Shown piece after piece: positions 1-11,700 of a stretch of DNA of 64,000 nucleotides. The DNA is taken from positions 12,772,001-12,836,000 of the forward strand of contig OZ024756.1 in the NCBI GenBank assembly GCA_964016885.1. Reading direction: 5' to 3'. Under the pieces are notes generated by a model. It ran no database searches. It saw only the letters and a program-made list of their open reading frames with translations, and had not been told where the DNA came from. Position 1 is the first letter of the stretch. Every line of letters begins with the position of its first letter. The DNA comes from Eledone cirrhosa. Taxonomy: Eukaryota. The translations under genes and the position numbers were made by a program.

Positions 1-625
1 TCTAAACAGGTGTTGATTAGCTGTCACAGATAATATGAGGAATTTGGATTTTTGTTAACTTCTCAGACAAAATAAGGGACCAGCAAATAAGCAAGTATTT
101 AACTCTTTAACATTTAAACCAGTCGTATCTGGCCAGAATTCCCTCACCTCTTTCTGTTCAAACCGGCCATAACTGGCTGCTCATACTTATGTTAAGGTAT
201 TGTTCTCAAAATAAATAATATCAAAATCTCATGGATTCTATATTATGTGAAATAGCATGAAAATCTAATAGTAAATATAGAATAATGTAAATGCTAAAGG
301 GATAAGGTAGTTTTTAGTTTATTTATTTAATATCAATTTGCTGTAGAAATAGATGGCAGACTTGTAACCTTATAGTCCCCCTGCCCCCAAGGCTGGTTGA
401 GGTGGAATGGGGAGGGGGTGTTTACCGGGGTGATGGGGGTGGGGGGTGTTAAAAGAAAGACACTGGTTATTCAGTTGTTGGACACTGTGGTGGAGGGGTA
501 GTGGTAATAAGTCATAGCAATAATTGGGGGAGAAGAAATAAAGACATCAGTAAATAAAGTTAAGAAAATTAACAAAGAGAGGACCTCCCACACAAGATAT
601 AGAGAGTATGGCCCCACCCTGTCCT

Positions 626-1030
626 ACTGTAAAGTGTCGGCACCATGGTAAAAAGCACCCAGTCCACTCTGTATAAAGTAGTCGTGTCGGGACCATGGTA
701 AAAAGCACCCAGTCCACTCTGTATAAAGTGGTCGTGTCGGGACCATGGTAAAAAGCACCCAGTCCACTCTGTATAAAGTGGTCGTGTTGGCACCATGGTA
801 AAAAGCACGCAGTCCACTCTGTATAAAGTGGTCGTGTCGGCACCATGGTAAAAAGCACCCAGTCCACTCTGTATAAAGTGGTTGTGTAGGCATCCAGCAG
901 TAGAAACCAAGCCAAAATCAGTTCTGTATAAGACATGGTCAGCTGACCTAGCATTGCTCACATCAGGACAACTCGTCTGACCCATGCTAAGGTGGAAACA
1001 TGGAAGTGTGATGATGATGATGATGATGAT
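626..1030 (+). repeat. RTE-UTR-derived module with a tandemly expanded internal unit; similar at 24360-24925 and 49686-50527
   Basis: Units such as taaagtggtcgtgtcgggaccatggtaaaaagcacccagtccactctgta (about 49-51 bp) ending in (GAT)n. Confidence 0.8.
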
Positions 1031-1077
1031 GAAAACAACGAATGAAAACAAAACAAAACGAAAAACAATTTTTTAAG

Positions 1078-1843
1078 GGGAAACCTTAAAAAATCATTAA
1101 AAAATAATCTTAACTATAATAAAGAAAGGAGTGTGGGACTGCGTCCAGAATATATTTTTTTACCCCGTTTGTAAAATAAGTTGGATTACTTTGAATAAAT
1201 AATGAATGAATATTACATAATTTATGTGCTAAATTTCGTGGCTGTTGATTAAATATATTTTATAGCTTATTTAAAGATTCACTTCTTTAAAATTCTCAAA
1301 TGTCAACACTTCCGGTTAGCGGCCGTTATATTATAACACTTATAAAAATATTGCATATATTTCCATCACTAATTCTCTCCTAATGCAGTTTATATATAAT
1401 ATCATCTTTTTTTAATATATCATGGATTACGTTACTGATTACATAAGACAGTGTAACACAGTCTTCATTCAATTTCTATGTATTATATATTGTCAATTAC
1501 GATTTTATTTGATGTATCATATCCACATGTATATATTCCTGCGTATGATATCAATATACACACTACACATGCCAGCAGAAAACGACCCGAAGGGTGGTTT
1601 TTCTGCTAGTATATATAAATGAAGGACACAGAACTCCAGGGTCATTGGCCGTTGAGATGGACTTAGGCAGTTTCGACTCCTACCAGCTGTACTGCTGGTC
1701 AAACCGGGTCACAGCGTCTGAGATAAGCCAAACCCTGTCTAAAGGAGTAAAAGACAAAGGACTAACATTTTTTTATAAATTGTTTCCCTTGATACTGTAT
1801 TAAAGGGAGATTATCGGCACATTCGCAGCACCAAGAAGGTTAA
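1078..1843. repeat. Unclassified AT-rich dispersed repeat; partial copies at 33120-33670(+) and 61690-62172(-)
   Basis: Shared ggagtg-ggac-gcgtcca...aaaataagttggattactttg...gattcacttctttaaaatt blocks. Confidence 0.7.
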
Positions 1844-2828
1844 TGAAATCATGGTACACGCTACCAAGTCCAACTCGATTGGTTAGGGTTAGCAGTCAGG
1901 TTTGTTAGGGAGCTATTTATTTGATAAAGACTGCACCTCTGACACATTATTTAATTGGTTAATGTGTTTTATGACGCCATTAACACACATCTAAATGGGA
2001 ATTCCCATACACAAACACACACTTAAATCAAACTACACACACACACACACCAGCAGATAAGCCTAGTTCATTCTCCAACTATAAGAGAATGAGTTGAGTT
2101 GTTTAAACTGATGTAACAGTGAGTTATATACATTTGGTTTACATGCTACATACAATGAAGTGAAACTCAATTGAGAAGGCTGTACGTATGAACATTAACC
2201 CTTTAGCATTTAAACTGGCTGCATCTGGCCAGAATTTCTCACCTCTTTCTCTTCAAACCAGCCATAACTGGCTGTTTTTACTGATGTCAAGGTATTGTTC
2301 TCAAAATAAATGACATCAAAATCTCAGATTTGATATATGCGAGATATTATGTAAGATAAAGCCTTTACCACAAAAATACAATAGTAAATATAGAGTAATG
2401 TAAATGGTAAGGAGTTAAGGGTTAGCAGTCAGGTTTGTTAGGGAGTCGTTTATTTGATGAAGGCTGCACTTCTGGCACATCTTTCAACTGGTTAACGTGT
2501 TTTTTGTAGTAATGTTGGCAGTGGTGATGAAGGCACAAGTAGAATAAAACCGGTGTTCACTCTTCAAATACAGAAGAATGAGTTGATAAATTAATGTATG
2601 TGAATTATATATGTGTGTGTGTGTGTATGTGTGTGTAGAGAGAGATGATGATGATAATGACAGAAAGAGAGAAATAACAAGTGATAGATTCAGTAATAAT
2701 CAAAACCAATTTCAAAATGGAAACTGAATTCTACCAACGTTTTTTTTATGTTTTGTTTTTGTAGAAGAGGGGAGAGAATAAATAAAGGTAGGGGGTAAGA
2801 TGGGTTTCAATGTGAAATAGTTGTAATT

Positions 2829-2946
2829 TCAATGATCTGTAGAAGAGCTCCTTTGTCGATAGATAGGCCTGGTTGGTGTTGCTCCTTGGTGGTTGATGGG
2901 AGTCAGTGTAGCAGAAATCTTCCTGAGAGCCTCCGTATGACTGTGT
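2829..2946 (-). CDS. STARD9: Putative terminal coding exon (HSHTEALRKISATLTPINHQGATPTRPIYRQRSSSTDH*)
   Basis: Strong atttctcatttcag acceptor; phase 2 matches the giant exon; TGA at 2831-2829; composition turns AT- and repeat-rich downstream. Confidence 0.6.
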
Positions 2947-3159
2947 CTGAAATGAGAAATTTACAGAAGATTCTTGCTACAGCAACATGTCACATAGGTT
3001 GTTGTTTTTTTTTTTGTTGTGGTTTAACATCAGAGTCAAGCTTGATTCAGAAGATCTCTGACCAAAGATGCTCCAATTGTAACCAACTCTTTCCCTCTCC
3101 CCCTCTCTCTAGACACACACATGGGACAAACATGCACACGTATGCATGTATGGAAAAAT

Positions 3160-3325
3160 TCGGGACCCTGACAGCTGACCTCCAGCTGTTTCGACAGCTA
3201 GATCCAGCTGTCGAAACAGCAGGAGCTCAGTTGTTCGGAGCCCAAATTTTTTCATATTACCCACTCTACTACCTCAAGTATCAAGTACTCTGGTGAGTAA
3301 TGGTCTAACAGGTTTTTACCACCTC
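3160..3325. repeat. Dispersed hairpin-containing repeat; copies at 5355-5730 (SINE inserted), 35218-35295 and 48870-49030
   Basis: Shared ccactctactacc...gtactctggtg block plus a self-complementary cagctg-tttcgac...gtcgaaac-cagct stem. Confidence 0.65.
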
Positions 3326-3332
3326 CATTCTG

Positions 3333-3368
<36 letters not shown>

Positions 3369-3370
<2 letters not shown>

Positions 3371-4490
3371 TCATCATCATCATCATCATCATCATTATCA
3401 TCGTTTAATATCTATCTTCCATGCTAGCATGGGGGTTAGACGGGTTTGTCCCATTTAGAGGTAAGTTGGGTCGCATGACCGTGTCTCGCTCATATAGGAC
3501 TGTTTTGGGCTGGTTTTCTATGACTGGATGCCCTTCCTAATGCCAATCACATTTACAGTGTGTGCTGGGTGCTTTTTGTTGTGTCACCTACACGACCACA
3601 TTACAGTGTGGACTAGGCACTTTTTGTCGTGTCGCCGACACGATCACTTTACAGTGAGGACTGGGCACTTTTGTCTTAGGACTAGGGAGGGGGTGGGAAT
3701 CTTGAGGAAATTGTGGGCAGGGTTGTAGGGGAGGTATGGTTACCGCTAAGGGAGGTGAATGAGAGGGGATAGAAGGTTGAGGAAGGTGTTGCCTACTAGG
3801 TATATGCCTCAGCATGAGAATAAGAGAGGCTGGGTCTTCTGTAATACTGCATAGCACTGGAGGTCGCGGTTCTGTGTCATTGCCTTTGGGAGGTGTAATT
3901 GTGCAAGGTCAGCTTTTATTACCTCACCCCTAGGCCTTCCCACTCCATGGCTACCATCAACTTTGAGTGCTCTGCACCTTTTTATACAGCTGTCATCCTA
4001 AATACACATCACATGTCCATACCAACGCAATAACTGATCCCTCTTAGTTTCTCACGCAGTACATTTATACTTTGCAGTTCATGTATATTGTTATTGCACA
4101 TCTATTGAAGCATGATCTTCAGATCTTTAGCTCTTAGTGCCCAGGTCTCGCTGCTGTGCGGCATTGTTGTTCGGATACATGCATCATACAGTCTGCCTTT
4201 CATTTGAGGGAAAAACCTTTTGTAGTTAGTAGCTCCCTGAACTTTCTCCAACCTGATCTCATTCTGGTTAATGTGCTTTCAGAACACCCTCCCCCAATAC
4301 TGATTTGGTCACCCAAACTATTTATCACTTCAACCGAGCCCTCTGAGCATTTGAAGGTGATTGTATCCTGAGGGTTCTTGCTACTTACTGCCCCTGTGCA
4401 TCTGCCACAAGTAAAACCTACAATCTTTGTTAGCCTGCCTGAGATCCCACTAAATCTCTTATGTACCCATTGCTTGCATTTGGTACATGT
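3369..4490 (-). mobile_element. Degenerate RTE LINE 3' portion
   Basis: Reverse-strand remnants of LGDQIS, DACIR, WYGHVM and GRPR motifs, then the UTR module and (CAT)n. Confidence 0.7.
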
Positions 4491-4499
4491 GTATGTATG

Positions 4500-4523
<24 letters not shown>

Positions 4524-4531
<8 letters not shown>

Positions 4532-4545
4532 GGGTTAACGTATCG

Positions 4546-4597
<52 letters not shown>

Positions 4598-4762
4598 ATA
4601 GGGTTAACGTATCGTTATATATATATATATATATAATAATAGGGTTAACGTATCGTAATATATATATAATAATAGGGTTAACGTATCGTTATATATATAT
4701 ATATATATAATAATAGGGTTAACGTATCGTAATATATATATAATAATAGGGTTAACGTATCG

Positions 4763-4796
<34 letters not shown>

Positions 4797-5300
4797 ATAG
4801 GGTTAACGTATCGTTATATATAGGGTTTCCTCTCTCATATATATATATTGGAGGCACATGGCTTAGTGGTTAGAGCATTGGCCTTGCAATCGAAAGGTTG
4901 TGAGTTCAATTCTCAGACCGGGTGATGTGTTGTTTCCTTGAGCAAGACACTTTATTTCACATTGCTCCAGTTTACTCAGCTGTAGAAATGAGATGATAGG
5001 ACTGGAGTCCCTATCATTCCACTGCAATGTGGTCGTGGAGGTGCCACGGCAAAAAGCACCCAGCACTCACTGTAAATGAGGTTGGTGTTAGGAAGGGCAT
5101 CCAGCTGTAGAAATCATGCCAGAATCAGTTCCCGTCCCACCCTTGCAAGCAGGGAAACACGGACGTAAAATGATGATGATGATGATATATATAATAATAG
5201 GGTTAACGTATCGTAATATATATATAATAATAGGGTTAACGTATCGTTATATATATATATATATATAATAATAGGGTTAACGTATCGTTATATATATATA
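4524..5300. repeat. Array of ATAATAGGGTTAACGTATCG units separated by variable (TA)n, interrupted by a SINE
   Basis: About 10 identical 20-mers read directly. Confidence 0.85.
4850..5185 (+). mobile_element. tRNA-derived CORE-type SINE with RTE-derived tail. Other copies: 5747-6038(-), 44511-44820(+), 47562-47903(+), 50530-50892(-), 57772-58160(+), 61340-61680(-); variants 35860-36175(-), 58790-59040(+)
   Basis: A box TGGCTTAGTGG, B box GTTCAATT, CORE-like ccttgagcaagacactt...cagttt...ctgtagaaatg, (GAT)n tail; many near-identical copies. Confidence 0.85.
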
Positions 5301-6360
5301 TTAGTTTGGAAAATGGACGTAATGGTGATGATATATATATATATATATCAGGTAGGGTGTGGTAAAATACCAGGTTGAACGTAACCCACCAGAGTACTCA
5401 GTACTTGGGGTAGTAGAGTGGGTAATATGGTTTCTTATATAGGCACAAGGCCAGCAATTTTCGGTACTTTATTTTATCGACCCCTTAAAGACGAAAGGCA
5501 AAGTTAACCTTGGTAGGATTTGAATTAAGATCAGAAAGGGCTGTAACTCTATGCTGCAAAGCATGGCGTCCGACCCTCTACCGATACTGCCAATCCACCG
5601 CCCTTGTAGAGTGGGTAATATGAAGATAATCAGGACCCCGACAGCTGAGCTCCGGCCGTTTCGACAGTTAGATCCGAACGCATTCTGATCTAGCTGTCGA
5701 AACGGCTCAGTCGTCGGGGTCTTGATTCTCTTCATATATATGTATATCATCATCATCATCATTTCATTTTACGTCCATTTTTCCCTGCTTGCAAGGGTGG
5801 GACAGGAACTGATTCTGGCTTGATTTCTACAGCTGGATGCCCTTCCTAACACCAACCTCATTTACAGTGAGTGCTGGGTGCTTTTTCGTGGCGCCTACAC
5901 GTCCACTTTACAGTGGGATGATAGGGACCCCAAGTCCTATCATCTCATTTCTACAGCTGAGTAAACTGGAGCAATGTGAAATAAAGTGCCTTGCTCAAGG
6001 AAACAACACATCACCCGGTCTGAGAATTGAACTCACAGCTTGCTATTGTGTGTTGTGTGCTGTGTGCAGCATGTGTTATATCCAGGTGTGTGTGTCTTTA
6101 TTTATGTGTTTATTTACTATCATTATCTCTCTAGAGTGCTCCTATGTTCCATTTTATGATGTTGGTGGAGCACGGACGAGTGTTTCCCATTCCCATTCGC
6201 CAGTGCTCATTTATCTTTTCTCCTATCCTATGGTTTGTCTCAACTATGTAAGTTGTGTTCTTATTCCACAATGAGGCAACAACTTTAGAAATATACATAA
6301 AGAAATTTCAGACTAAGCAGATGACAATCTAATTTTGGTTGACGACTGAACAGATGTCTC

Positions 6361-6415
<55 letters not shown>

Positions 6416-6610
6416 CGTTTCTGAATTTGTTTAGCAAGATTCTTTATCTGAAATCGTGTGTTGAAACCGATATTGTTATACTTTGGGAGGGTCATGTTGC
6501 CAATAAGAAACACGCGCACCAGTTGCTTTCACTTCAATTTATTATATATTTATAAATTTATAAATTTCTGGTTGGTTGGTTGGTTCCACAACAGATAGTT
6601 GTTTATATAT

Positions 6611-6655
6611 AGTCATAGTTCTTTCGTCACACACTCTGTGACCTCTTCAGTGACT
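6611..6655 (-). ncRNA. Minimal type I hammerhead ribozyme motif (family A)
   Basis: Minus strand: AGTCA-CTGAAGA-G-GTCACA gagtg TGTGAC-GAAA-G aa C-TA-TGACT; stems I and II pair perfectly, stem III loop is only 2 nt. Confidence 0.6.
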
Positions 6656-7762
6656 GGGGATTCCTTTCTTTGTTTCTGTGCCTCTCCTTTGTTCTGTCCT
6701 ACGCCATTTTGTTGTGGAACCAACCAACCAACCAACCAGAAATTTATAAATTTATAAATATATAATAAATTGAAGTGAAAGCAACTGGTGCGTGTGTTTC
6801 TTATTGGCAACATGACCCTCCCAAAGTATAACAATATATATATATATATATCACATCCACTGATATGGATGCTGAACATGTGCACACACTTAGGTCACAT
6901 TAAGGTCAACTGCAGGAATCGGTGATAAGTTACAAAAACGTCTGATGATCAATGACCTGGAAGCTGGCTTACCAGGAGATTAGTCCGAATAATAAAACCC
7001 AAATCATATGTTGACGAATATACGTACTCCCGGCATGTTTATTGTAACATGCTGTCTTTGAGAGTAGAGTTTATTTTGTCGATATTTCGAGGTGTCGGAT
7101 CGTGGGAAGATTAACACGAATTAAGAAGATGTAACTTCTCTCCCATTATTGACACTTTGCAACAGTGAATGTTACAAGGCCCTCTTTAGGTCCAACACTT
7201 CTGATTGTTTATCCTACTTATTATGGTGGTTTTTCTTGGGTTATGTCAACTATAGGGGGAAAACGGGATGGTTTTATTGAATTGCTTCAGTCATTCGAAA
7301 GGCTTTACAAACGGTGATATACAGGGTGCTTGAACAGTACCTGAATATGTTCACTTGGTTATAATTTCTTCAATAATTGCAATTATTCCTCAGTTATTCT
7401 TGAGCACTAAGGCAGTAAATTTGCTATTCTTATACATAAGTTTGTTGAATAAGTTCGATACTCTTCGAGCTCAAACTTCACTCTGAATGAAGAATACTGG
7501 ATGGAAGAAGGACTTATGACTTAAACAGCTATTGATAGTTCCACACAAAAAATTGATCTGCCATAAACACACCTAGCAAAGGCTGCTATTGAAAATCCAC
7601 TATGGGCACCCAGGGTCGCTAGCATTTTCAAGCGCACTCTGGGAACTGCGAATAATCCCACCTTTCCCGGGTATTGCAGCTATTCTAAATATACTCCATC
7701 ATTCCTATGTGGAAAAAGTACGTAGAGTGCTTGACTTGAATTGCATCAATATTTACCGTAAG

Positions 7763-7798
<36 letters not shown>

Positions 7799-7836
7799 CA
7801 TACACACACAATATATTAACAAATGGAAACTATATT

Positions 7837-7902
7837 TATTTCATTATACATATTTCAAGGGCCACCAGAGCAAGCTATGGTGCGCTTTCATCGGATAAAA
7901 TA
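7837..7902 (-). ncRNA. Minimal type I hammerhead ribozyme motif (family B, U4C core variant)
   Basis: Minus strand: TATTTTAT-CCGATGA-aagcgcacca...tggtggccctt-GAAA-T atgt A-TA-ATGAAATA; stem I pairs over 8 bp. Confidence 0.6.
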
Positions 7903-8011
7903 TAATATAGGTTAGTTTTATAAATAAATATTGACATACCCTTAAAAAATGCAACCATTTTGCTTGTTGTATCCCAACAAATTAAATATAACCTCTCTCT
8001 CTCTCTCTCTC

Positions 8012-8065
<54 letters not shown>

Positions 8066-8287
8066 GTATATAATGATGATAGATATATATATATATTTAC
8101 ATTGGATACTAAAACATGTCAACATTTCTATAAATTTTGGGGCCTACTGATGAGTTTGTCTAGGGCCCACAAGTAGGTAACCCCACCCTGTATCATACAC
8201 CATCACATGTCATACACACAGGGAGAACTTCTATAAATTAGGTTTATAACTTCATATCAGTCGGACCTATCCAAATTTTATTATTAC

Positions 8288-8665
8288 GGGGTGGATTGGC
8301 AGTATCGGTAGAGGGTCGGTCACCTGCTTTGACGCATAGAGTTACGGCCATTTCCAATCTGAGTTCAAATCCCGCCGAGGTTAACTTTGCTTTTCATCCT
8401 TACGGGGTCGATAAAATAAAGTACCAGTAATGTACTGGGTAATTGCTGGCCTTGTGCCAAAAGTAGAAACAATTATTACGGGGTGGATTGGCAGTAATCA
8501 GTAGAGTGCCAGACATCTGCTTTGCAGCATAGAGTTACAGCCCTTTATGTCCTGAATTCAAATCCCGCCAAGATTAACTTAGCCTTTCATCCTTACAGGA
8601 ACGATAAATTAAAGTACCAGTAACGAACTGAGGTTCAGCCTTGTGCCTAAATAAGAAACCATTAT
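8288..8665 (+). mobile_element. Tandem pair of a second tRNA-derived SINE (about 190 bp). Other copies: 5428-5605(-), 15180-15400, 16650-16880, 17273-17463, 36476-36688(-), 39186-39370(-), 49475-49680(-), 59505-59700, 61985-62085
   Basis: TGGCAGTATCGG A-box-like, GAGTTCAAATCC B box, central GCCTTTCATCC...GGTCGATAAA...GTACCAG (resembles the Meta-type SINE domain, from memory), ATT-repeat tail. Confidence 0.82.
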
Positions 8666-8723
8666 TACAAACATTGACACAACTGATGTTAGTCCCTACC
8701 CCCCTTACTAAAATATAACTTAC

Positions 8724-11700
8724 CTATCTCTGTCTGTGATCCCTTCTCTGTCTGGGAGACCATTCCAAGTCCTTGAAAGCTGATGCAGGTAAATGGGATG
8801 AACTTTAGCCTCTTCAGTTAACATGCTGACTGCACCCTCTCTTAGTGACATGTCTAGAGAATGGCACTGAGATTCAGGAAGAGTTAGATCAGAACTGCTT
8901 AATGATAAATTGGTCAATGAACTCTGAGAGTTGCGGGTATATGTTCGTGTATCAATACCATTCTCTGAGTCAGTATTAAAACCATCACCACCGCTATCGA
9001 CATGAGTGTGGTGTTCAGACTCATTGCTGGTGGTGTAGTTATCGGTAAGAAGGTTCGGAATGGATGACTGAAGTTGCAGCCATGTATTTGGACTGAGCTC
9101 TGATGAGTTGTTTAGACTCTCATTCTGCACATCCTGGTCTTGATGAAACAATAAACGAGGCTGACTAACTGATGAGCTGAATCCACTAATGAGAGACGAA
9201 CTGTATTCATTAGTTTCACTCTCAGCTACTGAACTATTTGGATCATCAGTTTCAGTAGGAGTTGATCCTTCATCTTCATCAAGTGTATCTAACAACATAT
9301 CAGTTTGAGCTATACAGTGGTTGACCTTCTTCTCCAAGTACTTTACAGTAAAACTAACAGGAAGATATTTCAAGTTCACCATACCCATTATGTCTAACTG
9401 TTCTTCTTCCCATTTCTTGAATTTCTTTTCCAGTGCTTCTTTCTGATTTTGATTCTCCTTCTGTCGATGTGACAAATGTTTTGGCTGACTTCTGGCAAAA
9501 GATTTTTCTTTTGAGATCATCTTTGAATATTGTTGATTCAGTTTCAACACTGTATCAATATCACTGTTCTGGTTGCCATCGGCAACTGAGCTGTCACCGT
9601 TGCTTTTCAGTGTGCCGTAATATTCCATCCCAGTACCAGCATCATTTACAACATCAGAGTAGGACTTAGTGTCAAAACCTTCGGATGTGAATGGAGAGTT
9701 TGGAGATTTTGACTGGGATGGTTTATACGTCGGAACAGTTAATTTTCTGTTGAGTCTATTTTGTTGTAGTCTGTCTGAAGCTACATTAGGCAGCGTCTTG
9801 TACTTCCGTTGGTCTGCAGTGGAAATATTACTGGAAGGTTGTTCAGTAGGGGAAGATTGCACAGATTTAGTCAGAAGTTCAAGATATTCATCAGTAACAC
9901 CAGACCGCTTTAAAGAAAGACTAAGTTCCTCATTGTAATAGTCTTCCATATTCTGATTATCAGGATAATCAAAGGGATGTGTTGGATCATTACTGTAATC
10001 TAAAATATTTGTAGAGGCAAACTTGTGACCCCTTGGTAGAGTGGAGTGGTGTTGGAACATTGCTGGGGCTTCCCAATCTTTAGATTCCTGGAGACAGGGC
10101 TGGTTGGGAGGGCAGTGACTGAGACCAGTGCGAGGGAGGGTGTTGTTTCTGTTCAATGGGTGCCTGATTCTCGATGTGTCATTGGAAGCAATTGTCATTG
10201 ACCGGAAACGATGTCTAGGTCCAGCACCTCTTTGGTCAACTTGGTCATGGTTCATGTAATTATTTCCATAGGAACAGTCAGAGAGATCCTGGCAAGGTAG
10301 AGGAGTTCTCGTAGAAGGCTTTCTGTAATTTGAATGTGTCAGGTTGGAATTAACATGGATGTTGTGAGCAGTAGAATCAAGGTTGTACTCTGAATAATTG
10401 AGGATGTCTGGCCAAGATCTCTTATTGGCTGACGGTGCCATGTATTTCATACTATGGTAGAACCTGTCAAACTTGTCATTTGGCAGAGGAGACGACTGAT
10501 TAAACTTAAATTGACGACTAAAATCGATATCATTCCTGTAAGGAGTTGAATGAAAGTGTTGAGGTGACCCAGCAGGGTGACTGTTCAAATCATTAGAAGA
10601 CATATGATGCTGACGAGCTGTATTTAGATCACTGGGGCTATTAGACTGATATCTATAATTATAGTAACATTGAGCAGGAGTCTGGCCATTCTCCAGATAG
10701 TTGGTGTGTCTCTGGGGGTGGTAGGTGAAGGAGTCACACATATCTCCTTTAAAGGCATCAAGAGTTGAAGAATTTGAACCTAAAGTACTTGTGTCTTGTT
10801 TCAAAGGTAAATATAACCTTTTCTTTTGTTGGTGCAGCGAGGAGTAAGAGTTAGGCTTTGTATTTGTATTTATATGGGGCTCACTCGACTGAGCATAATT
10901 ACCATTTGTGTAACCCCATTGCTCTTGATTTATCATGTTCTGCTGTGCCTGGGGCAGGTTATGAAAATATTCCCTGGGGTAGTTTTCTTTGTCAGCAAGA
11001 TAAGACTGAGAATAGCCACTGTCCGGCCGATTACTGGTCATTTGTGCAGTTGACATATTAGCTTTACAATCTGTTTGTGTAGAAGTGCTGCATTTCATAT
11101 TATTAAATGATGCTGCACTAGTCTCAGAAGCTGGGCTTGGCAATGGCGGATCCACAGTCAAATGCTTTGTTAAGTTCTTTAAAAGATTTGTTGTTTCTAT
11201 CATTAGAGCAGGCAAAGACTGTAAAGTACCAGACTCTGGGATTAAAAGAGGGATGTGGATTGGAAAAGGCATGTTGTGATTAGATGCCTGTGAATCCGTC
11301 AAGGTTTTGTCATGCAGAGGAATGGTAAAATCAGTAGCCAAGCTACGTTGATCTTCAGTTTGTGTTGCACAGTCATTCTGACTAGTTTGTATTCCAACTG
11401 ATACTAATTTTGGTTTATATTTGAATGGCTTCTCTTCTTTGACAGCAACTTCCGAGGAAAGACTAGGAGATACTGACCGATAGCTGCTGGGAGATGTTGG
11501 ATAGTCTGGCGGTAAATCTGTAGTAGATGCTGACTTAGAGTGAGAAAGACGCACTGGATATCGGTTGTGTTTTCTCAAGAAGTGATATGGTGGGGCATTA
11601 TCTTCAAATACAGAGTCATCATCATCATAATCATCATTATTATTATTTCTAAAATTTGAATTATGACCAACAACTCCCTTGTTATTTTTGGACTTTACTA

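Noticed and set aside
4850-4925. tRNA gene
   Set aside because: The tRNA-like head with A/B boxes runs into a SINE body and recurs in many copies; no complete acceptor stem
4524-5300. CRISPR-like repeat-spacer look (also 626-890 and 49686-50365)
   Set aside because: Spacers are (TA)n or repeats themselves, no cas genes, and the context is a eukaryotic intron
6613-6885. 90-aa ORF as an extra kinesin exon
   Set aside because: Lies within an inverted repeat/hammerhead element; no convincing phase-compatible splice sites
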